A stretch of DNA of 64,000 bases. It comes from Eledone cirrhosa (Eukaryota). Where the stretch lies: assembly GCA_964016885.1 (NCBI GenBank), contig OZ024764.1, forward strand, positions 22,816,001 to 22,880,000, given 5' to 3'. The translations under genes and the position numbers were made by a program. Positions 1-11,161 of this stretch are shown piece after piece. Position 1 is the stretch's first letter; every line of letters starts with the position of its first letter. Under the pieces are notes generated by a model. It did not search any database, was not told where the DNA came from, and worked only from the letters and a program-made list of their open reading frames with translations.

Positions 1-213
<213 letters not shown>

Positions 214-476
214 CTGTGTCAATATCAAACTCATTACATCATACTACTACAACAAATGTGTAGATCCATCATCCTTGCTAAAACTGGGGTCAAACTTGTA
301 GGTTTTACCTAGGACAGGGATCATAAACACCAGGTTTCCATTTTTGAAGCAGTGTTTGAAGATTTTGTGTAAATTAAAGTTTTTCACATTAAACTTTGAT
401 TTATTATACTTTAACAGGTAAGATATATATTTGTATTTTTAGTAAAGGTTGGGAACTTCTGTAATTTAAACCTGCC

Positions 477-482
477 AATAAA
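477..482 (+). terminator. Candidate polyadenylation signal AATAAA of ZNF-A (also at 29539 and 43230)
   Basis: AATAAA lies about 265 nt after the stop codon, is followed by T/GT-rich sequence, and is conserved in three units. Confidence 0.5.
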
Positions 483-674
483 ATGAAAACTTTTGTTGTT
501 GCTAGTCAGACATTGGTATTAATTCTATTGTCCTGTACATTGTCTCAAATATCACAGATTAAACAGATTTTAACAATATCAACAGAAATCAATAACTTGT
601 AAGCCTAATATCTAGCTTCCATTTTAACTATTTGATATTGTTGTTCCCCTCCTGTCTCTTCAGGTCTTTTAGAT

Positions 675-1530
675 TTCAACTTCTATCTACTGTACTATTC
701 CATCACCAAGGCAACATTCATCTGGCTGGCAGCTTACATCAACTACAGATCTCATCAGTGGTTCACAACAAGCTGGCTGAAAGAAACTTCCAGATATCTT
801 CTATATCATAGCTATCAATCTCCTCCTCCTTATCATATGTACCACTCTCACAGTCCCTCTAGATCTTATATTTAACAAGGAGATCTTTTACTATCTCTAC
901 CCTTTTCTCTAGGTTGTCTTGTACCACTCTCACAGTTCCTCTAGATCTTATATTTAACGGGGAGATTCTTTACTGTCTCTACTCTTTTCTCTAGGTTGTC
1001 TTGTACCTCTCTCACAGTCCCTATATATATCTTATATTTAACAGGGAGATTTTTTACTATCCCTACCCTTTTCTCCAGATTGTCTTGTATCTCTTTTACA
1101 GTCCCTCTAGATCTTATATTTAACAGGGAGATCTTTTACTAGCCCTACCCTTTTCTCTAGGTTTTCTTTTACCTCTCTCACAGTCCCTCTAGATCTTATA
1201 TTTAACAGGGAGATCTTTTACTCTCCAACCCTTTTCTCTAGGTCGTCTTGTACCTCCCTCACAATCCCTGTAGATCTTATATTTAACAGGGAGATCTTTT
1301 ACTCTCCAACCCTTCTACAGATAGTCTTGTATATGTCATTACCTCTAGATCTTACACCTCGTATCTAGTCTATGTTGAGTGGTACGTCTTTCTCCAGTAA
1401 AGGAGTTAATATTCCCAACCATCTGTCTATCCTGTTTTCTGATGAGAATGAAGTCAATCTAGTTTATCTCTTCACCTGATTGAAGTAACTAGATGGTTTC
1501 CTGTAAGTTAGTGTTGCAGTGTTTGTGTCA
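675..1530 (-). mobile_element. Decayed RTE LINE fragment (endonuclease region) containing an 82-bp tandem repeat, about 6 copies
   Basis: Minus-strand translation resembles the RTE at 19999-20450 (IDFILIRKQDR; YDKEEEIDSYDIEDIWKFL). Repeat unit: atttaacagggagatcttttactatccctacccttttctctaggttgtcttgtacctctctcacagtccctctagatcttat. Confidence 0.75.
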
Positions 1531-1631
1531 CCATGTAAGGTTTATATCTATTAATATAGAGATGTAGTAAAGTTTTCACTGTTGTATCTCTACTTTCTAA
1601 ATATCTTAATAATGTTTCTCTACTATTTCAG

Positions 1632-2015
1632 AATATCACATGACCTTGACAGAAAAGAGTCCTTTAAAGACAACAGAAAGATGTTACATACAAGTGATAT
1701 AAACTTGTTTAGTCTGTGGTGAATTATGGTGAAATATTTCTTCTGAATTGAGATAAATATTTTCCTTTTTCACTGTCTGGAATATTTACAAGATGATTTT
1801 ACATTCTGATTAAACTTTAGATATTTACAAAGGAGTTTTCAAAATATTTGGATATTGACAAAGATCACATTTGGTAAAAATTATGAACAATAGAAATATT
1901 TACATCAACATAGGAATATTTTCCAGAAGAGATGGGAAAATCATTATACCACTGTAATATTTGTGGTAAAGTATTCTCTCTTCTTTATATGTAGAACATC
2001 TAACTAAACACTTGA
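1632..2015 (+). pseudogene. Relic ZNF exon with intact-looking splice acceptor and one frameshifted finger
   Basis: Acceptor tttctctactatttcag|aata resembles the functional one (cttttattatttcag|aata). ATG at 1932 gives MGKSLYHCNICGKVFSLLYM*, with HLTKH continuing in another frame. Confidence 0.7.
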
Positions 2016-2122
2016 ACTAACAAACTATTGTGCTATAGAATTGACAAACTTGAGCAATGTTTAATAAATGTTACAGATTTCTCCAAACTGTCGTTTACTA
2101 ACTTTAATTTGAAGCTATATTA

Positions 2123-2483
2123 TCTATATACTACTAAAACTCTGTGATTGTGTCTTGTCTAATTTAATACAGCTAAAACAGTGCATAATGGGGAAATACT
2201 TTGAAAAGAATAAAACAATTTTTGTATAAATTGGAGCACAGGTTCCCAAGATTCAAGGTTTTCTGGGTACCTTGATATATATAGGGAGAGAAAGAGATAG
2301 TGGTTGTGAGAGTGAGGAGACAGATGGAAGAGAGAGAGAGAGCTGGTGGTGTTGTTTAATAAAATGTGTGTGTGTATATATATATATACGTATGTATATT
2401 TTAACTATTTAAAAATTATTTTTAAATGACTTTTAAAAAATAGTTTTAAGGGAACGTCACCCAACAGGTCCCGGGTGGTCTAG
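2123..2483 (+). mobile_element. Non-autonomous Helitron-like element (family H1)
   Basis: A|TC 5' end, 3' gacc-caaca-ggtc hairpin followed by CTAG|T, no TSD, internal microsatellites. Confidence 0.7.
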
Positions 2484-2894
2484 TTTGTTACTAAATACTA
2501 GATATTAGAGGGTCATGTTGTTCTAGATGTGCTGGAAGAGCCATTCCATCTTGTGAGGTTCACACCAGCAGCTAGCCACCTCAGCACCTATGGTGGTATA
2601 TTTATCATATTATTTATTCTTTATCATTAACATTAATATAAAAGATAATTATATATTTTTAGAGAAGAACCTCTAATTTTATATAGCTTAGGGCTTCAGT
2701 AGGTAAAGTCTGGCTCTGCTTGTCTTGTATTTTTTAGGGGAGAAGTTAGGGAATATTGTTATCGTGTGAAAGTTTTCTAAATCTTCTTCAACCACTAACA
2801 TGGAGAAGATATTTCAGTAAAAAGGTTCACATCCTGACATCTATAGCTGTTAACAATGAGATTGGAATTCATTATTAAACAAATGTTATATCAT

Positions 2895-3440
2895 CATCAC
2901 TGTTTAACAACAGTTTTTTCACTCTGGCATAGGTTAGACGAGTTATCCTGTTGTAAGCAATGCCAGGTCAGGTGACCACGTGTTGCTCCTACAGAACAAA
3001 TTTTGGATTGGTTTCTACAGCTGGATGCCCTTCCTAGCACCAACCTTATTTACATTGAGTACTGGGTGCATTTTACCATCTCACCATCACGACCACTTTA
3101 CAGTGTGGGCTGGGTGCTTTTTGTTGTGACACCTACATGACCACTTTAAAGTTTTGACTGGGTGCTTTTTGTCGTGACACCTACATGACCACTTTATAGT
3201 GTGGACTGGGTACTTTTTGTTGTGACACCAACATGACCACTTTAAAGTTTTGGCTGGGTACTTTTTGTTGTCACCTACATGACCACTTTACAGTGTGGGC
3301 TGGGTGCTTTTTGTCATATCACCTACATGACCACCTTATAATGTTGACTGTGTTCTTTGCAGTGTGGGTTGGGTGCTTTTTGTCATATCACCTACCCAAC
3401 CACTTTGCAGTGTGGGCAGTGAAATATCAGTAATGCACCA
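2895..3440 (-). repeat. RTE 3'-UTR relic with 48-bp tandem repeat (about 7 copies)
   Basis: gaccactttacagtgtgggctgggtgctttttgttgtgacacctacat recurs at 3091, 3139, 3187 and onward. It matches the reverse complement of the RTE 3' UTR at 22530-22680, including the aggaagggcatccagctgtagaaa motif. Confidence 0.8.
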
Positions 3441-3469
3441 GCTCCAATATTCAGTAATCAGAAGAAGGG

Positions 3470-3935
3470 AGGTAGGCATAAAAGCCAAACTTGCTGTCTT
3501 CAATTAGGTTTTTGTGCCAACCCTTACCTATGGTCACATATCTTGGGTAATGACCAAAAGAATATGATTGCGAATACAAGTGGCAGATATGGGATTCATC
3601 TGAAGGGTCTTTGAAGGAATGTTTCTCAATAAAGTGCATAGCTCTGAGATCAGAGAGTCACTCCAGGTGGAGCTGTTACTTCTCCTAATTGAGACATCAC
3701 AGCTGCAATACTATGGCCATGTGGTTAGAATGTCTGAGGAAAGAATCACTGGATAGATTTTACAGGCAAAACTAGCCAGGGGTAGACCTGAGCAAGATGG
3801 TCACATAACATCCATGAGCTTGGCTGGTCTCTCTGGGAGATCCAGCCAGATCAGTTGGAGTGGGTTTCTTCTGACAGGACCTGTTGGATGGAGTGTTTGA
3901 GGACTGCCCCCAAGACCCTCTCTGGAATGACTGAA
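3470..3935 (+). mobile_element. Decayed RTE-clade LINE C-terminal fragment
   Basis: Plus strand reads KAKLAVFN*VFVPTLTYGHISWVMTKR and LQYYGHVVRMSEER..RGRP, typical of the RTE/Rex3 RT C-terminus. Confidence 0.7.
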
Positions 3936-4224
3936 TTAATAAGAAGAGGTTGAGGTTACATCATCAACATCAGATTTCCCTGCTAGCAAGGGTTTAATGA
4001 GTCTACTTCAACCAAGTAAGTACTGAAGTGAGGCTACTGATCTCCCAGACAGACCAAGGATCTGAGACTTATTTACATAAGGTCTCATTTGCTACTGAGT
4101 GCACAGAAAAGGTTATGATTGAAGGGTTCTCCAACACTATTGTCGGGCAAGCTTTCTATGGCTAGATGTCCTTCACATGACCAACCACATTACAGCCTGT
4201 GTTGGGTGTGTTTATCATGTAGGT

Positions 4225-6251
4225 GAGGCATAACAAACTGAGGGTTCCCCAAGGGCCACATAGGTCACATGTGTTGTCTGAGGGTTGCACAGTGCAACTA
4301 ATTATGTACACAACAACTAATTAAAGTCATTTAATAAAATTTAATATAAAAAGATTTGTTACTTAAATTTAGAAACATACAATGTACATACAAATGTTTT
4401 AGCAGCATTCATGAATACAAAGTAATGAAGTAGTTTGATAAAAAACTAAAATTTAACATGTCAACATATACTTGCAGATTGTAACAGCAACAAATACATT
4501 GTACACAAATAACAACAGTTGAAAACTGAACATTTATTTGCTACTATTCAACTATTTTTAGTGTTTTGTCCTGAGGCTTGACACTTCTTTCTGTTGACTA
4601 TTTTTGGTATCTCTGGCTGAAATGTCTGTACAGTTTCAACTTTAATCAGAGATGACAAGTGTTGATCTGTCAACCTTGTTCTCTGAGAAGTTTTTGTTAA
4701 GCTAAGTACAGACTCAGTATGGGCAGTGATTTTCAGCTCTTTGCACATAAGAAAATGAATTAAATTTTCATCTGACAACGGAGACTTCCATAAGCTAAGT
4801 TTTCTAATGAAGAACTTGATGTCATCATACAACTGAGTGATGGGTTTGTTTTTACCTTGTAATTTCAAATTAAGGTCAGTTAATTGTGCAGTAATATCCA
4901 CAAATAAAGCCAGATGTTGGAGCCAACTTTCATCTTTTATTTCATCTGTGTTTTGACTTTTCATCTCCAAAAACATAATTATTTCAGCACTTTGTGACAT
5001 GTCAACCAGCAGACTTCTGTGTCGAATGGAACATTGGTGAACTGATTATCCATATCTTCCAACAACTGGCTGAACTGACGGTGGTTGAGAGCATGGCCTC
5101 TGATTTAGTTCACTGTCTTTGTGACCAAGCTAAGCACATGATGCAATTTTAAAATCTTTGAACATAAATTTTGCTGATGAATAATAGTGAAAATGTGCAA
5201 ATGATGAATCTAGATATGAGTTTTCTATTTTTGTTTGTAACTTGGCAGCAACACCATTATGTCTACCAACCATATTTGCAGCACTGTCAGTAGATAAACA
5301 TGCAAGTTTACTCAGATCAAAACCATGCAGACCCTGCTTAACCTTCTCAAAGATGTCCTGGCTCGTTATAGTGTCATGCATGGGGACCAGTTCAATCAGT
5401 TCTTCATAAATATTAAATTCACTGTTACAGGCCCTGATGAAGAATGCAAGCTGTACTATTTCAGTGATGTCAACAGTCTCTTCAATAGCAATAGAAACAT
5501 GTTCAAACCTTGATGATACAGCCTTTAACTGTTGTTTCAGATCACCTGACATTTCATTAATCTGTTCAGCAACAGTGTTACTCGTTAATGAAATGTCTTT
5601 GAATAACTCTGCTTTCTCTGGACAATTTCAGCTGTTTTTACAAGACATTGCTTTACAAAATCTCCTTCACTGTAAGATTTCCCACTCATGGCAATCATTC
5701 GACTGAGTTCATAGCTTGCAGTAACGGAAGTGACATTCTCTTCCTGAATTAACATAAAACAGGTCTATTGCTGTGTCAAGTTAGACTTCAATTCCTTGAG
5801 TCTTGAAACACACATTGGGCCTTCATATTTATCGTAAGATCGAGGGTTTCTTTCATAATGTCTTTTTAAATTGTACTCTTTTGGCGTGGAGATGTAGTTG
5901 TTGCAAATTAAACAGTGTATCTTTCTGTTCACCATTGGGCAAAAATACTGTAATTCCCACTTTTCTTGAAACACTTGCCCTTCTTCGTTCAATTTCCTTT
6001 TTCTCTTAGCTGGAGAAGCACTAACCATTTCAAAACCAAAAACTTTTGAAATTTTGAAAGAAAGTTTTCTGTTAATGAGCTGCACGTGATTAATGGAAGT
6101 TAAAAGTAGTTGACAAAAATTGCACAAAAAAAACAATTGTATCGAAAAATTTTTAAATTTTATATTACGAAAATGAAACATGCTCGCACTGTAAAAACCT
6201 TTGTGTGGGCCGCAGGTTTGCTTGCAAAGGGCCGCATGTTTGACAGGTCTG
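4225..6251 (-). mobile_element. hAT (Charlie/Buster, GTF2IRD2-like) transposon, internally deleted and frameshifted
   Basis: Transposase fragments at 5765-6030 (FQEKWELQYF..CLIC..YNLKRHYE), 5130-5552 and 4548-5000. End CAGACCTGTCAAAC. 8-bp TSD atgtaggt/atgtgggt. Confidence 0.88.
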
Positions 6252-6420
6252 ATGTGGGTTACCAACACTAGGGAGGGCAGCATGTCCTTCAATGTCTTCT
6301 GCTACATTAACTACCAGGAGGTCACCACATGACACAAAGACATTTCAAAGAAGGGTCACAAAAGAACTAAATACAAAAGTACCCACAATTCAGCAAAAAG
6401 CAAATAATTGAGCTTTGGGT

Positions 6421-6820
6421 CTAGGTTAATGGGGCAGAAGTGCTGTGGCCTGTGGACAAGACTACAAAAGTATCCCCCCCCCCCCCTGGACGATGGACAG
6501 TTACACCCACTGGAACAGCCACCCCAACCTCATGGGGCTCCCTCTTCAGAAGAGCCACCAACGTTCTGATCTTACAGAGGAGCTTGGCAGTACGGGGTCC
6601 AAGTACTTCTGAGGTCTCGATGGTGACCGGTGTGAAGAGACCTACAATTGATGTCATCCCAGTTATGTTGGACTGTAATATACTGGGGTATAGAGAGGCC
6701 TTAACCTGTCTCAGCCGGGCCACCCAGGGTTGTGTCATCTAGGTACCAGACAGGGGTGACTAGACCATGTTGTCAACTGTCAGCACCAATAGGAGTGAGG
6801 TGAGTGGGACCCCTTGCTAG
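6421..6820 (-). mobile_element. Decayed CRE-like (restriction-like endonuclease) non-LTR retrotransposon C-terminal fragment
   Basis: FTPVTIETSEVLGPRTAKLLCKIRTLVALLKREPHE resembles the F.P.A.ET.G.WG..A..F..I..RL...GD.RE end of CRE-type RLE domains. Confidence 0.6.
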
Positions 6821-7072
6821 ACACCATATATAAAAACGTATTTGCTAATTACTTTAGTGAATAATTTGTTTCATACGTAATTATTACTTTTAACACAATA
6901 GGATTTTGTACACGTGTTTGTTTGAAAACATCTTTCAAAGAAGTATGAGACAGTCTTTTGTAGTGTTTATTATAATAAATTACTGTATGTTGAGCTGATT
7001 TAACTTCTCCACCTTCTATTATTTTATATTGTTTTTGTAAAAAAACGATATCTTTTTCATATATATATATGA

Positions 7073-7285
7073 AGGCGTGTGGCTGAGTGGTTAGAGAATT
7101 AGATTCGGAATTGTGAGGTTGTGAGTTCGATTCCCAGACCGGGCGATGCGTTATGTCCTTGAGCAAGACATTTTATTTCACGTTGCTCCTTCTACCTGGA
7201 GTTGCGACCGATAGATAGTATTAGCAATTGGAAAGACCAATGGAAACATTGTTTCCTCGGTCCGATTTGACGAAAAGTCGATCAT
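7073..7285 (+). mobile_element. tRNA-derived SINE
   Basis: A-box TGGCTGAGTGG and B-box GTTCGATTCC, then CORE-like tgtccttgagcaagaca. No tRNA acceptor stem. Flanked by (TA)n. Confidence 0.75.
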
Positions 7286-7564
7286 AAAATATATATAGAG
7301 AGAGAAACACACAAACATACACTACTGTATTTAATATGTAAGGGGAGACAACTCTCGTTACATATCCCCCTTCTTTTTGATATACGTCAATTAAATACTT
7401 TGTTCAATGGAACCTGCTTTATTTTGTGTCCTAAGTAGATTTCTGTTTAAGTATTTACGAGATTCACAATGATTCACGTAACCAAGTTACTTACATAGAG
7501 ATATATTTCACATAGAATCACAACAAATGAAAATATTAAGTCAACACTCTGTCAATCAGTCTCA

Positions 7565-7770
7565 CGTCACATGGGGTGCCGGAGTCTCCCTCTAATACTT
7601 TCTGAGACAGTCTTACCTCGAGTGATAGCAAGGCTAAGATGTTGGAACTACCAAACACCCTCATATGTATCACCTGAACACCTCGGTAAGGAGAGCTGCC
7701 AACGATAACAAGAACCTCGTTGTCAGGGACCTATCTCCTCCAAACTTCTCCAACACCACAGACTAGAATA
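7565..7770 (-). mobile_element. CRE-like retrotransposon 3' fragment
   Basis: Minus strand, read with the 36562 and 52176 copies, gives LTTRFLLSLAALLTEVSGDTYEGVW*FQHLSLAITRG, similar to the GD.RE..WLFQRLSLAIQRGN motif. Confidence 0.6.
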
Positions 7771-7999
7771 TTCTACTCTTTATTCCCTATCAAATATATT
7801 TCAGTCTAGTCATTTATCTTATATCTTGTATATGTATTTTGAAAACTAACTGTCACATTTGTGAGACCCCAGTTAGTGATGTTTTCGTCTCCCTCCCACA
7901 TCCTACATGCTGTAGTAAAAGTGAGGGTCACTGCTTCTGTAGACGAACGAAATAAAAGTTAAACTACCAGTAATTATCGGCAAAGTATTTATTCCAGTC

Positions 8000-8178
8000 T
8001 GTGATGTTTGAGAAGCTGGGCTGCTGACAACGAAGTTGTGGTCACTGTTGGCGGCTGGCTTTACCGAAGGACCCGATGACTCTTGTGAGGGTACTTAGCT
8101 GTTCTGGCAACTTAGCCCCCATATGACCCGATCTTACCGAAGTACCCGGTGATCTCTGTAAGAGTACTTAGCTGTTCT
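8000..8178 (+). mobile_element. CRE-like 3' fragment with a 72-73 bp tandem repeat (2 copies here, 4 at 52665-52920)
   Basis: Reads LTTKLWSLLAAGFTE..DSCEGT*LFWQLS, homologous to 7565-7770 in the opposite orientation. Confidence 0.55.
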
Positions 8179-8254
8179 ATTTTAATTACATTTACTGATT
8201 TCAACTTTCATTTTTTATATGACAAACTTTACATAATTTAATTCGGTAAAAATA

Positions 8255-8401
8255 TTTTACGTCACAAAAAAACTTGACCTTTGACATTGAAGCATGCGCA
8301 GTGGTGCAGTTGTCGACTTCCTGTCCACGTGTTAGTCTTCCTACAACAACTTTTAGAAAACATTTCTGTAAATACTGAACACCTGAAACTATAATGTAAG
8401 T
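8255..8401 (+). promoter_or_regulatory. Putative promoter and non-coding exon 1 (unit 1, orphaned)
   Basis: Clustered TTACGTCA (CRE/ATF-like), TGACCTTTGACA (DR1-like), GCATGCGCA (NRF1-like), ACTTCCTG (ETS-like) and CACGTG (E-box), then donor AT|GTAAGT at 8396. Conserved in four units. Confidence 0.65.
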
Positions 8402-8914
8402 ATTATGTCTATTAATATTGTAGATTTAAGCTCACTTTTCACATCACAAATATATATTTTCTTGTTTGTTTCATTACTGGAAATATAAAATGTTATCGTA
8501 ATTATCTATATTTTACCTACCTCTAATTAATTAGAGTGAAAACTTTTGTTGTTGCTGAAAAATAAATTAACAAACCTAAATATTTAAATATTCTAAAGGT
8601 CGTTTTTATATTATGTGATGATATAATTAATATATTTTATTACAATTGTATAAATTTACAGTAGAATAACGTTGTAAATATGTTTTAAATATATACATAA
8701 ATAACATAAGTGTGTAAATAACATTATAAATTGCTGGCAATTCCTTGAGAAAGACATTACAAATATATTGTCTAAACTGTGTATAATAATATAATTTATT
8801 GAACAATAATGATAAAGGAAAGAAAAACACAGAGGGAGATGGCAATTGACCACCAAGTGTGATAATAGGTCACACCTCACACTTTAGGGGTTAACTACAC
8901 ACTTTGAGGCAAGC

Positions 8915-9090
8915 CAACACACTGGCAGCATTACTAAGGTGTTGAAATAACCAGGTACCCTCACGAGTATCATCTGACACCTCAGTAAGGTGAGGCTAAG
9001 GGGCTGAAATAACCAGGTACCCTCACGGGTAGCACCTGGTACCTCGGTAAGGTGAGGCTAAGGTGTTGAAATAACCAGGTACCCTCACGA
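8915..9090 (-). repeat. 62-bp tandem repeat (3 copies) derived from a CRE-like fragment
   Basis: Unit gaaataaccaggtaccctcacgggtatcacctggtacctcggtaaggtgaggctaaggtgtt. Minus strand reads REGTWLFQHLS..SNAASVLA. Confidence 0.75.
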
Positions 9091-9494
9091 ATATTTTCTC
9101 TGGACCCCTCAGATACTTGCAATAGACGTTTTATTCCCCAGTATTAGGGTTAGGGTTTCCGTTTTCAGGAAGAATAGTCGATTGCAAACATCTAAGAGGT
9201 CGAGAAATAAAAATAAGGAAAGATAATTATTTCCCAGCCAACTGGAGAAGTGTGTAGCTCTTCTTAACTCCGATAATCCTGTCTCCCACTTCTTTATCTA
9301 CAAGTCTAGTCGTTTCCTGCTACTCTGAAGGCCCTATTAGGGTTAGGGTTTCCCTTTGAAGGTAAATTGTGAATCAGTTATTTTTAAACAAACTATCAAA
9401 GAAGTGATCTCACAGTAACTGTGTTGGATTCAATCAACTTATTCCCCCCAAACATTGTCGACCTTGTGTCTAAATCAGAAACTATTATTAGATC

Positions 9495-9645
9495 TTAGAT
9501 CAACCCCGTAAAGATGAAGGGCAAAGCTAACCTCAGCGGGATTTCAACCCTTTATGTTATGAGTTCAAATCCCACCAAAGTTAACTTTGTCTTTCATTCT
9601 AACGGAGTGGATAAATTAAAGTTCCAGTAATCTACTGGGGTCTGA
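9495..9645. mobile_element. Two oppositely oriented SINE fragments
   Basis: B-box-like gagttcaaatccc on + and gggatttcaaccc on -, each followed by a related body. Similar fragments occur at 13075-13200 and 16445-16490. Confidence 0.55.
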
Positions 9646-9700
9646 GATATTAAGGTTTGAGTAGATTCTATCTTTTTGTGTGTTTGTATTTATAATCTTA

Positions 9701-10148
9701 CTAGAAACCCTGTGACCTGTTGGGTCACGTTCCCTTTAAAAATAATTTTTAAATAATTAAAATATACACAGACATGTCTATAATCTAAAATGAAATTAGT
9801 AGGTAGGCCCATGTATATATATATATATGCGTGTGTGTATATATATATGTGTGTGTGTGTATATATATATGTCACAGACACACACACACAAGTCGCTTGT
9901 TATAATTTTAAAATTTCGTTCAATAACACCAACAGCTCTCTCACACACCCATTATCTTTCTCTCTCTATTTATGAAGGTACCAGAAAAAGCCATATCTCG
10001 GGAACCTGTGCTCTGATCTACGTGAAACTTATTTTATCCCATTTGTTTTCTCATTTCAGGGTCAACTTCCTTTCAAACTATTTTCCCATTATGCCCCGTT
10101 TTGGCTGTATTACATTACAGACAAGACACAATCACAGAGTTTTAGGTT
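9701..10148 (-). mobile_element. Helitron-like family H1 copy (minus strand)
   Basis: Minus-strand 3' end gtgacc-caaca-ggtcac hairpin plus CTAG|T. Body is homologous to 2123-2483. Confidence 0.7.
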
Positions 10149-10194
10149 TATAATGTGTGGTTAGAAAAAGCTATACCCTGCTTGCAAGGGTGGG

Positions 10195-10459
10195 ACGGGA
10201 ACTGATACTGGCTTGATTTCTACAGCTGGATGCCCTTCCTAACACCAACCTCATTTACAGTGAGTGCTGGGTGCTTTTTCGTGGCGCCTACACGTCCACT
10301 TTACAGTGTGGGCTGGGTGCTTTTTTGCGGTGGGGGCATATTGTCTATATGCTTCAGCTTGTACCCATGGGAGGTCGGGTACTCTGTATTACTGCGTGAC
10401 GCCAGAGGTCACGGTCATGTGTCATTGCCTTTGGGAGGTGTAATTGGGTAAGCTCGGCT
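10195..10459 (-). mobile_element. Young RTE 3' fragment, truncated at both ends
   Basis: Near-identical reverse complement of 22393-22688. Confidence 0.85.
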
Positions 10460-11161
10460 TCTATCTACTGTACTATTCCATCACCAAGGCAACATTCATC
10501 TGGCTGGCAGCTTACATCAACTACAGATCTCATCAGTGGTTCACAACAGGCTGTCTGAAAGAAACTTCCAGATATCTTCTATGTCATAGCTATCAATCTC
10601 CTCCTCCTTATCATATGTATCATGTAGAACATCTCTGAATTTATATTTAACAGGGAGATGTTTTACTGTCCCTACCTCTTTCTCTAGGTTGTCTTGTACC
10701 TCTCTCACAGTCCTTGTAGATCTTATATTTAACAAGATCTTTTACTATCCCTACCCTTTTCTCTAGGTTGTCTTGTACCTCTCTCACAGTCCCTCTAGAT
10801 CTTATATTTAACAGGGAGATATTTTACTCTCCAACCCTTCTATCTCCAGATAGTCTTGTATCTGTCAGTTCCTCTAGATCTTACACCTAGTATCTAGTCT
10901 ATGTTGAGTGGTACATCCTTCTCCAGTAAAGGAGTTAATATTCCCAACCATCTGTCAATCCTGTTTTCTGATGAGAATGAAGTCAATCTAGTTTATCTCT
11001 TCACCTGATTGAAGTAACTAGATGGTTTCCTGTAAGTTAGTGTTGCAGTGTTTGTGTCACCATGTAAGGTTTATATCTATTTTATATAGAGATGTAGTAA
11101 AGTTTTCACTGTTGTATCTCTACTTTCTAAATATCTTTATAATGTTTCTCTACTATTTCAG

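Noticed and set aside
4548-6292. Host GTF2IRD2/EPM2AIP1-like gene
   Set aside because: It is frameshifted, internally deleted and bounded by TIRs and an 8-bp TSD, so it is a dead hAT transposon.
7073-7145. tRNA gene
   Set aside because: A and B boxes are present, but there is no complete cloverleaf and the sequence continues into a SINE body.
8627-8880. Small minus-strand ORFs conserved in all four units
   Set aside because: Conservation reflects recent duplication, the sequence is AT-rich intron, and an indel disrupts the frame in unit 2.
9144-9157. Interstitial telomere or chromosome fusion site
   Set aside because: Only two TTAGGG units are present, and they are internal to a MITE.
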